NCBI GenBank assembly: GCA_011039385.1
Contig: DRBO01000023.1
Coordinates: 1-47,498 of the forward strand
Direction: 5' to 3'
Source of the DNA: Chloroflexota bacterium
Lineage (GTDB): Bacteria > Chloroflexota > Anaerolineae > Anaerolineales > UBA11858
DNA length: 47,498 nt
Positions 18,732 through 26,476 of the stretch are shown here, one piece after another (position 1 is the first letter of the stretch; the number at the start of each line of letters is the position of its first letter). A model generated the notes under the pieces. It did no database searches and was not told the DNA's origin. It saw nothing but the letters and a program-made list of their open reading frames with translations. A program made the position numbers and the translations under genes.

Positions 18732-18737
18732 ATCAAG

Positions 18738-18810
18738 CACCCTCGGCGTGATTCGAACACGCGACCCCTTACTCCGCAAGCAAGTGCTCTATCCACTGAG
18801 CTACGAGGGC
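18738..18810 (-). tRNA. tRNA-Arg, anticodon GCG (73 nt, CCA not encoded)
   Basis: Cloverleaf GCCCTCG TA GCTC AGTGGATA GAGC A CTTGC TT-GCG-GA GTAAG GGGTC GCGTG TTCGAAT CACGC CGAGGGT G. A20 arginine identity base and G37 are present. Confidence 0.95.
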
Positions 18811-18827
18811 AGGTTGTATCGAAAGTG

Positions 18828-18856
18828 ATTGTACAACATGCCAATACAATTGGCAA
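18828..18856 (-). promoter_or_regulatory. Sigma70 promoter of tRNA-Arg
   Basis: TTGCCA (18856-18851), 17 bp, TACAAT (18833-18828). Confidence 0.8.
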
Positions 18857-18989
18857 TGGCCCCGGAAGAGGGCTGGTTTTTCGCCCCATCCATGCTGTTT
18901 CCAAGGGGCAAAGAGCAATGGAAATGACTTCATAATTAACCCGGTAGAGGGTTGTGATTAAGGTCATGTGATTTGCGTGAGCTTGTGCA

Positions 18990-19017
18990 TTGCACCTGGT
19001 TATCCATCTGATATGAT
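18990..19017 (+). promoter_or_regulatory. Orphan sigma70 promoter (candidate sRNA promoter)
   Basis: TTGCAC (18990-18995), 16 bp, extended -10 TGaTATGAT (19009-19017). Confidence 0.6.
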
Positions 19018-19022
19018 TGTCC

Positions 19023-19114
19023 ATGAGACGGGGTAACCTCAAAATTATCACTGTTTCCTCCTTTGGCGAGAGCCTCCTCAATCACTATCTCTGATTGAGG
19101 AGGCTTTTCCCTTT
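19023..19114 (+). ncRNA. Candidate ~90-nt small RNA with unpaired anti-Shine-Dalgarno tract
   Basis: Own promoter, UUUCCUCCUUU at 19054-19064, perfect 14-bp stem (19071-19084 / 19092-19105) with U-rich tail. No SD-led ORF on this strand. Confidence 0.5.
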
Positions 19115-19246
19115 AGATCGTGGCACCGGTTTAGCGATCTCTATCGACATACTCATTAAAACTTTGTTAATACGAAACCAGACACATAGCAGGTAGGGGT
19201 GATAGGTTGTAATATTAATTTAAATTCAATCAAGAAGGTTGCTCTT

Positions 19247-20380
19247 ATGAACAAACACAAAACCCTTTTAATTGTGGTACTCGTCATATTGGCTGGTGCA
19301 GCACTTGCCTGCGTGGTCAGCCCCCTGGCATTTTTTCAGCAGGCGGAAAGTGAAACTCCGGTTGAGGAAGTAGTTCCAACTGTGAATACGATCGTGATGG
19401 AGGGGGGGGATTTGCCATCCCTGTATCGTGAAATCAACCCCGGGGTAGTTGCTATCAGGGCACTTTCAGAAGAAGGTGGAGGTCTGGGTACCGGGTTTGT
19501 GTGGGATAGGGAAGGGCATATTGTCACGAATTACCATGTTGTCGAATCCGCTACTGATTTAGAAGTGGATTTCCCTTCTGGATTCAAAACCCGGGCTGAG
19601 ATCCTGGGAGTTGATTCTGATACGGACCTGGCTGTACTTGAACTTGACCGGCTCCCTGAAGAACTAACCGTGCTCCCTTTGGGAAGTAATGACAAATTGG
19701 CCGTTGGTCAAACTGTGATCGCCATTGGCAATCCCCAGGGATTGAATGGCACCATCACCCAGGGAATCATATCGGCTCTGGGACGAACGCTGGATTCTAT
19801 GCATTATGCCCCGGGAGGAGGCGCTTTTGCCACCGGCAATATCATCCAGACGGATGCTGCTATCAACCCGGGAAATTCAGGAGGGCCTTTGATCAATCTG
19901 AATGGGGAGGTGATTGGCATCAATTCTGCTATCAGCACCACCAGTATTGACCTGAAAGGACAACCTGTCAATTCAGGCCTGGGTTTTGCGATCTCGATTG
20001 ACACAGCCAAGAACGTCATTCCAGATTTAATTGAAGTCGGCTATCATGATTCCCCCTATGTTGGCATCCATGTCCTCAGTGAGGTCAGTTTATTTGTCCA
20101 AGAAGAGCTGGAATTACCGCGATCTGCTGGAGTCTATATTTTGGAAGTCTCTCCAGACAGTCCGGCAGATAAGGCCGGGTTGATGGGTTCGAACCCTCAC
20201 AGCTCTCTCCCCCTGGGTGGGGACTTGATAATCAGTATCGACGGCATGCCGGTGAATGATTTCGCTGAATTTATGGGCTATCTGCTGACGTATAAGAAGC
20301 CGGGCGACAAGGTGGAGATCACCGTTATCCGGGATGGACAGGAAATGGATTTTGACCTGGTGCTGAGTAAAAGGCCTTGA
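19247..20380 (+). CDS. HtrA/DegP-family serine protease with one PDZ domain (probable lipoprotein)
   Basis: Catalytic triad motifs TNYHVV, DLAV and GNSGG; C-terminal PDZ; signal peptide ending LAC. Start reassigned to ATG 19247. Confidence 0.95.
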   Translation: MNKHKTLLIVVLVILAGAALACVVSPLAFFQQAESETPVEEVVPTVNTIVMEGGDLPSLYREINPGVVAIRALSEEGGGLGTGFVWDREGHIVTNYHVVESATDLEVDFPSGFKTRAEILGVDSDTDLAVLELDRLPEELTVLPLGSNDKLAVGQTVIAIGNPQGLNGTITQGIISALGRTLDSMHYAPGGGAFATGNIIQTDAAINPGNSGGPLINLNGEVIGINSAISTTSIDLKGQPVNSGLGFAISIDTAKNVIPDLIEVGYHDSPYVGIHVLSEVSLFVQEELELPRSAGVYILEVSPDSPADKAGLMGSNPHSSLPLGGDLIISIDGMPVNDFAEFMGYLLTYKKPGDKVEITVIRDGQEMDFDLVLSKRP

Positions 20381-20403
20381 GATATTACAGCCAGTATGGC
20401 CAG

Positions 20404-22836
20404 CTACTGTACCCTGGAGTAAATCCTGCGGTAGAGGGCGAAGATCTCCGAGATGTTCTTGATGTAATTTTTAGTTTCAGTGAAGCGGATGACCTCCAGG
20501 AATAAATCGGGGTCTCCTCCGGAGTCCTCCAGCCAAATCTCCGAATTCCCCGGACCACCGTTGTAGCCCGCCAGGGCGGCGTAGATATTCCCATCGAAGT
20601 AGTTCAGTAAATATCTCAAGTAGGCTGTCCCCAGATTGATGTTGACGATGGGTCTGTAGAGGTCGTCATCGCTATATCCCAGGGGCCAGTCTTCTTTTTC
20701 CGCCCGTTCTGCTCCCGTACTGGGAATGATCTGCATTAACCCCCGGGCACCCGCGGTTGAGCGGACAAATCCTTCAAAGAGAGATTCCTGGCGGATGACA
20801 CTGAAAATTAACAAAGGATCCAAATTATATTTCTGGGAGGCGGGGATAACCAGGTCGCCGTAGTAAGTGCCAAACCGGATATGGTTAAAATAGGTCGGCG
20901 CGTTCATGGTACCGGCATCATCCATGCCGGCGGCATTGAGTACGTCTCTGGCTGCATAGATGGCCGGGCGGTACAAACCCAGCTCCAGCATGTAATTTGC
21001 CAGCCGGTAACTGCTGATGGGATCAAAACTGACCTCATCTCGCAGAGCCATAAATTCCGTCCGGGCTTCGGTATAGAGATCCAGCTCCCAGAGTTCTGTG
21101 CCGCGTATAATCCGGGGATCTTCTGCGAGGAGACCCAGGCTGTCCAGATTGGTCTCCTCGGGGATCGTAAAAGTGTTCTTGATCCAGTCCTGAGCTTCTT
21201 TTTTCTCTGCCACCACATCATAACCAAAATCAAATTCTAATAGCGGTGTAAAAGGTGTCCGATTCTGCAGTAGATCCCGGGCCCTTTCGCTGTAGTATCC
21301 TGTAGGATCTGCATTGGCAGCTTCCTGCCAGACGGATGCAGCGGTTTCGGGATCTCCCTGGATCTGGTGGACCTTGCCGATCCAGAATAATGCTTGCGAG
21401 AGTTCCTCAAAATCAGCCGATGCATCTCGATAAGTAGAGAATCTGTCCAGGGCATCCTGAAAATCAGCCAGGCGCACCTCACAGATACCACTGCGAAAAA
21501 GGCTGATCCGGCCATAAGCGGAGGTTGGATATTCATCAAAAACCCGCTTCCAGAGTGCAGAAGCTTGTTCCAGGTCGCCTTTCCGCTCCTCAACCCGGCC
21601 AGCATCAAAGAGGAATTCCGCAGCGCGGGGATGATATGGGTTGCGGCTCACGAAATCCTGCAGTACCTGGCTGGCCTCGGCATGACGTCCCATGTAGAAC
21701 CAGAGGGAATAGGCTTTAAACTCCCAGGCTTGGACATAGTAAGGGTGGTCAGGATATTTTGTGATCAGCTTATCCCAGTAAACAATTGCTTGATCGTGCA
21801 GTCCCATGTTACGGAGAGAAAAACCTGCAAAATAAAGGGCTGTGCCTGGATCAGCTGCTTCTGGATCCATCAAATAGCGGTCAAAGGCCTCTATCGCACG
21901 GCTGTACTGCCGGGCGAAATAATCAACCAGCCCCCTATTGAGGTCATCGATTTCGAAGCCCCTGTTGACAATTTCGACCAGTGCAAGGTAAGAATCATAA
22001 CTGCGGGGGAACTGGATAACTGCATCCCGGAAAGCTGCTTCTGCCAGGTCGTTTTGATCTAACTCCAGGTAAGCTTTGCCGAGCAGATAGTCCGCCCGGG
22101 CTTTGGTATAGTCATTGCTGGATTGGAGATAAACATCGTTATAGTTGACGATCGCAGTGTTGTAATCCTCAAGGGCTGCATATTCCTGGCCGATTTTGAG
22201 CTGCAAGTTGTATAGATCTGATCCACTGCCGGCTGCAATGGCTGCCTGATAAGCCTCGATCGCTTTGAGGGATTCACCCCCTTCTGATAGGGCATCCCCT
22301 CTCCTTTGTTGGACCATTGCGTCCAATATTCCGGGGCGGGCCCCCAGGTAAAAGTGATAGGCATCGGCAGCTTCCAGGTCTCTATCCAGCGCGGAATATG
22401 TCTGCGCCAGGGCAAAATAGGCTTTGTGAATATTAGTGGATTCTGGGTAGCTGGCAACCAGCAGGCGCAGATAATCTAGGGCCTTTTGATAGTCCCCATC
22501 CTGGTAATATATTTTTCCCAGTCCTAATAATGCCCCGCTTCCTTCTTCAGTGGTCTGGGCGCTTGCCAGGGTCTCTTCATAGCTTCTGATGGCATTCTCC
22601 CAGTCCCCATTGAAGTAGTACAGGTCACCAGTCAGTGAACTTTGGCCAGGTGGGAGTATGGGAGTGGAGGTGGGAACCGGGGTATCCACCTCCGGAGGTT
22701 CCGGGGTCAGAGTATGGATAGTCTCTGTTTCAGGACCTGGATCGGGCTGCCGATTGGACCGCAAATAGCGGCCCGCAATAAAGAGGGTGCCGATGAGTAT
22801 GATCGAAATCGAAAGCTGGTAAAAACTCTTTTTCAT
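20404..22836 (-). CDS. TPR-repeat soluble-lytic-transglycosylase (SLT) domain protein
   Basis: N-terminal TM, many TPR repeats, then IRQES, GARGLMQ, AGYNGG and ETKNY SLT motifs. Confidence 0.93.
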   Translation of the reverse strand: MKKSFYQLSISIILIGTLFIAGRYLRSNRQPDPGPETETIHTLTPEPPEVDTPVPTSTPILPPGQSSLTGDLYYFNGDWENAIRSYEETLASAQTTEEGSGALLGLGKIYYQDGDYQKALDYLRLLVASYPESTNIHKAYFALAQTYSALDRDLEAADAYHFYLGARPGILDAMVQQRRGDALSEGGESLKAIEAYQAAIAAGSGSDLYNLQLKIGQEYAALEDYNTAIVNYNDVYLQSSNDYTKARADYLLGKAYLELDQNDLAEAAFRDAVIQFPRSYDSYLALVEIVNRGFEIDDLNRGLVDYFARQYSRAIEAFDRYLMDPEAADPGTALYFAGFSLRNMGLHDQAIVYWDKLITKYPDHPYYVQAWEFKAYSLWFYMGRHAEASQVLQDFVSRNPYHPRAAEFLFDAGRVEERKGDLEQASALWKRVFDEYPTSAYGRISLFRSGICEVRLADFQDALDRFSTYRDASADFEELSQALFWIGKVHQIQGDPETAASVWQEAANADPTGYYSERARDLLQNRTPFTPLLEFDFGYDVVAEKKEAQDWIKNTFTIPEETNLDSLGLLAEDPRIIRGTELWELDLYTEARTEFMALRDEVSFDPISSYRLANYMLELGLYRPAIYAARDVLNAAGMDDAGTMNAPTYFNHIRFGTYYGDLVIPASQKYNLDPLLIFSVIRQESLFEGFVRSTAGARGLMQIIPSTGAERAEKEDWPLGYSDDDLYRPIVNINLGTAYLRYLLNYFDGNIYAALAGYNGGPGNSEIWLEDSGGDPDLFLEVIRFTETKNYIKNISEIFALYRRIYSRVQ

Positions 22837-22878
22837 GGTCGTTTCTTGTTGATTGTTTTGAGAGGAATCCTGAGTAAG

Positions 22879-23826
22879 CTAGATAGTCCATTCCCCATGG
22901 ACCAGGGCAACTAAAAACCAGCCCCCTTTCTCCTGGACGAATACCATCCGCAGACTGCGCCAATCCATTCCTCCATACTGGGGATCAAAACCAGGAAAAT
23001 AGTATTCCACAATCATACCATCAGGGAATATTTCTGTAATATTATTGATGGCATTTCCAGAACTGACTTCTTGATTGAGCCCTACGATCTCAGGCTGAAA
23101 GAAGTCTTGATCGTAAACGAATCGCCGATGGTAATCTTCAAAGGAAAGCTCAATAGGTTCACCAGATCCATCGTATCTACCCCAGGTGTAAAGGGTGCTG
23201 GAGTCGAGAAGCCCGTCCAATTGTTCGGGACAAAATACCAGGTCACTGGCCCGGAGGGAAGGATACGGAGAAAAGCGCAAACACAATTCTGGGTGGATGA
23301 TCTCCTCCAGATGACTGTAATCAGCTGTTTTTAAGGCGGAAGCTATAGTATGCGCCAGAGCGATCAATTCTTCAGGAATATCGCCAATCTGGCGGGCAAG
23401 GTAAACTCGGTCCACCCAACCTGCTGATTCCTGGTATCCGACCTGCAGCCATGTTATCCCGTCCGCTTCGATTTCGATACCGGTTGTCCGTATTGATTTA
23501 CCTGAAGCAGGAATATGACCTGTGACCCCAGCCGTTAAGGATGGCTCCTGATACATGGGAAGGGTTTGGTCAGGGGATAGCCCTACCACTACATAAACCA
23601 GCCCGTTATCCGTCCATGGAAGGGTTGGTGTTATTGTAGGGGTAGCTGCTTGGGTCGAGGTCGGGGAGGGGGGCAGGAGAGGGCTTACTGGGGGGGAAAC
23701 GCTTTTTGTTGGTTGAGGGACACAACCTCCTGCCAGCACGGCCAGGATTAAGACAAGCACTAAAAAGATCATGGACTTGAATTGAGATACACCAGTGTCA
23801 TTTTGTAAGATTTTCATAGTAATCAC
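22879..23826 (-). CDS. Lipoprotein with bacterial SH3-like domain
   Basis: Lipobox AGGC, P/T linker, SH3b-like WLQVGY..AGWV, C-terminal DWRSLRMVF...HGEWTI domain. Exact start uncertain. Confidence 0.7.
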   Translation of the reverse strand: MITMKILQNDTGVSQFKSMIFLVLVLILAVLAGGCVPQPTKSVSPPVSPLLPPSPTSTQAATPTITPTLPWTDNGLVYVVVGLSPDQTLPMYQEPSLTAGVTGHIPASGKSIRTTGIEIEADGITWLQVGYQESAGWVDRVYLARQIGDIPEELIALAHTIASALKTADYSHLEEIIHPELCLRFSPYPSLRASDLVFCPEQLDGLLDSSTLYTWGRYDGSGEPIELSFEDYHRRFVYDQDFFQPEIVGLNQEVSSGNAINNITEIFPDGMIVEYYFPGFDPQYGGMDWRSLRMVFVQEKGGWFLVALVHGEWTI

Positions 23827-24463
23827 ACATGTGGTTCAGTGGGCAGGAAATACAGAGAGGTTTTCGGGCTTTGCATATTTCTCTACCCAGGCGGATGAGG
23901 TTCAAATGAACAGGATAAAATGTTTCCGGTGGGAACTGTCGGGCGAGGAACTGGTGGGCTTTGTTGGCGGTCATACCTTCAGGTCTGATACCCAGCCTGC
24001 CTGTAACCCGGAAAACATGGGTATCCACAGGAAAGGCTGGCATGCCAAGCGAAAAAAGCAGGACAATGGCTGCGGTTTTTGGCCCGACTCCCTTAAGTTT
24101 CTCCAGCCAATTTGAGGCTTCCTGGGTGCTCATTGATGATAAAAAATCCAGCTCGATCGCTCCTCTTTCCTCACTGATCGTCCGCAGGGCATTCTGGATG
24201 GCTGGACCTTTCTGGTTGGCAAGTCCGGCTGTTCTGATTGCGTTGATGACCAGTTCCTCAGGGGCATCTCGGACCTGTTCCCAGGTGGGAAACTGCTCCT
24301 GGAGGGAGTTATAGGCGGCATCCCGATTGGAATCATTGGTGTTTTGGGAGAGGATGGTGGATACCAGCTCACCCACAGGAGAAAGATGGGGCCGCCAATC
24401 AGGGAAGCCAAATTCATCCACCAGCGCCTGGTGGATATTGATGGCGTGTTTCTTTTTATTCAT
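23798..24463 (-). CDS. nth: Endonuclease III (HhH-GPD DNA glycosylase with 4Fe-4S cluster)
   Basis: ILSQNTND, LKGVGPKTA, FPVDTHV and C-x6-C-x2-C-x5-C motifs. Confidence 0.88.
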   Translation of the reverse strand: MNKKKHAINIHQALVDEFGFPDWRPHLSPVGELVSTILSQNTNDSNRDAAYNSLQEQFPTWEQVRDAPEELVINAIRTAGLANQKGPAIQNALRTISEERGAIELDFLSSMSTQEASNWLEKLKGVGPKTAAIVLLFSLGMPAFPVDTHVFRVTGRLGIRPEGMTANKAHQFLARQFPPETFYPVHLNLIRLGREICKARKPLCISCPLNHMCDYYENLTK

Positions 24464-24466
24464 CAG

Positions 24467-25558
24467 TTAATTGTATTGTAATTGAAAACAGGGCCTTGCT
24501 TCACCGGTTGTGATTCCAGCCTGGTTGCGGCTGGTCTGAATCGGTCCCAAGTCGGCCAACACCTGGAGCTCTTGAGACATAAGGATACCCAGCTGGCGCA
24601 ATATTTCCAGGGTAACGGCTCTGCGAGCCCTTTTTCCCAGATCACCGCCAGCGATTTTAAGGGCAATCCCCAATCCGGGTGAACCAGGCCTGATTGCGTT
24701 GGGGAAAACTCCTATAGATTGGAATGCCTCTGCACCTGCTTTGGAGATGATCTTGCCTGGAGCTGCCTCCATTAGGCGAGTATCTAATCTTCCAGGCCCA
24801 GCGACGTTGAAAGGATGGCTGGTCATAGCAGCGGTAATTTGCCTGCAGGAGTCTGCCCGGAGAGGAGAAAGCCCCGCTGGATCCACTAATTTTGCCCAGG
24901 CCCAGGCAGCATTATACAAGGGAACAGCAAATGTAGGCACTGAACACCCATCCCGTCCCAGGGGGATATCCGTTTTGTCAAGTCCGCAAATAGAAGAGAA
25001 AACAGCCAGGATCCCCTGTTGAACTGGATGCTCAATCTCGGTATACTTTTCAATGGCTGCGCCAAGCAGCGCAGCCTGGGCCAGCATGCCAGTATGTTTC
25101 CCGGAGCAGTTGTGGTGATTCTGCGATGGGCTGAGTCCCTGGTGTTGCAGTATAAGTCTGCTGGCTTGATCAACTGGGAGATGAGTGCCGCAGCGCAGGT
25201 CGGATTCAGTGATGCCAATCTTGCGCTGCAGATTGACAATTGTCCTCAGATGCTGATCTGTTCCCGAATGGGATGCGCATATCACTGCAACTTCTTCAGC
25301 ACTGAGTTTGAATTTTTCTTTCCCCCCCATCTCCAACAGGGGGATACATTGAAATGGTTTGGCCGATGACCGCATAAAGGTACGTGCTTGGGGATCCCCA
25401 GCCCAGGCAAATAGCGTTCCATCAGCGGTAACCACGGCAACCGCACCATAGTGGATCGATTCCACAATCCCATTGCGGGTTGTACAGTAGAGTGCTTGAT
25501 AACCAGGGAGACTATCTGAGAAGAATTCTGACGTTTGGCCGGTGATATTGATTGCCAT
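24467..25558 (-). CDS. L-asparaginase II (Rhizobium etli AnsA-type)
   Basis: RSSAKPFQ, CASHSG, HNCSGKH, DGCSVP and SKAGAEA motifs. Confidence 0.9.
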   Translation of the reverse strand: MAINITGQTSEFFSDSLPGYQALYCTTRNGIVESIHYGAVAVVTADGTLFAWAGDPQARTFMRSSAKPFQCIPLLEMGGKEKFKLSAEEVAVICASHSGTDQHLRTIVNLQRKIGITESDLRCGTHLPVDQASRLILQHQGLSPSQNHHNCSGKHTGMLAQAALLGAAIEKYTEIEHPVQQGILAVFSSICGLDKTDIPLGRDGCSVPTFAVPLYNAAWAWAKLVDPAGLSPLRADSCRQITAAMTSHPFNVAGPGRLDTRLMEAAPGKIISKAGAEAFQSIGVFPNAIRPGSPGLGIALKIAGGDLGKRARRAVTLEILRQLGILMSQELQVLADLGPIQTSRNQAGITTGEARPCFQLQYN

Positions 25559-25572
25559 TTTGGGTGATCGGA

Positions 25573-26430
25573 TTAGGTGTTATTCTCGGTCTTTGGAAAG
25601 TAGTTTCTGGCATAATATTGGGATAAACCATGCTGGAGGCGTTGAAGGAAGAAATCACGGTCTCGTTTTTCAATCACAAATTCATCCATGAATTTGTCTG
25701 CCAGCTCACCTGCGTCTGCGGCGGATGCGTGCCGGCTGGCCAGTTTCTCAATCCTGCGGTGGATTTTCCGAAATGATTTTTTCAATTCCTTGATCTGGTC
25801 AAGGTTGATCGGACCTCCCCTGCCGCTGATCAGAGTGTAATCCTTGAAACGGGCGCGGAGTAATGCATCGAGGGTGTCAATCCAGGTCGGCAGATGGGCT
25901 TTTCCGAGGAATGGTGGTCCCTTGACCGTTACTGTATCACCAATAAAGACGATTTTTTCGGAGGGAATGATGACCCAGCTGGATCCAGGTCTGGGTCCAG
26001 GATGGTGCTCCAGCAATACTGGATCATCTGCCCAGTGAAACTCAATCTTATCTGAGAAAGTTATATCAGGGATCATCCAGCTCATTCCTGAGGTTTCAGG
26101 ATAACGCTCCCAGGTAGCGCCGCTCTCTTGGATCTGATTTCGGAACATACTGGAAGGTTCATTGAGGACTTTGGCTGCCTCTTCATGAGCTACAATTGGG
26201 CAGTCCAGGCTTTTTGCTCCTATGGTTCGGTCCATGTGGTCATCCAGGCAGATGAGGAGCTTATGGATGGTGCCCTGGCTTCTATTCAGGAGGGTGGTTT
26301 TCCAACGGTGGCCATCCTCTGGCCGGAGTGGTGCATCAATGAAGATCATACCTCGGGGCAGCAATATCGCGCCGATTGTGGGTCCAGGATAGGAATCTTC
26401 ATAAAAAATCCCTGGTTTAATTTCCTGCAT
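25573..26430 (-). CDS. Metallo-beta-lactamase-fold protein with degenerate metal site
   Basis: IFIDAP, IVAHE, PDITF, GPRPGS and VFIGD motifs indicate the MBL fold, but HxHxDH is replaced by DDHMDR. Confidence 0.75.
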   Translation of the reverse strand: MQEIKPGIFYEDSYPGPTIGAILLPRGMIFIDAPLRPEDGHRWKTTLLNRSQGTIHKLLICLDDHMDRTIGAKSLDCPIVAHEEAAKVLNEPSSMFRNQIQESGATWERYPETSGMSWMIPDITFSDKIEFHWADDPVLLEHHPGPRPGSSWVIIPSEKIVFIGDTVTVKGPPFLGKAHLPTWIDTLDALLRARFKDYTLISGRGGPINLDQIKELKKSFRKIHRRIEKLASRHASAADAGELADKFMDEFVIEKRDRDFFLQRLQHGLSQYYARNYFPKTENNT

Positions 26431-26476
26431 GGATACTCCTTAAATCCTCCCGGCATTGATTGCCAGAAGATTACTA

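Noticed and set aside
18700-18860. tRNA as an integration site for a genomic island
   Set aside because: No integrase and no duplicated tRNA 3' end noticed elsewhere in the window; flanking genes are housekeeping.
18653-19081. 143-codon in-frame open extension of the second degV running through the tRNA gene, with AAGGAGG and GTG at 19051 on the minus strand
   Set aside because: DegV homology starts at ATG 18652 with its own strong SD. The extension crosses a tRNA, its promoter and a terminator, and is not protein-like. The SD-like tract is better explained as the complement of the candidate sRNA seed.
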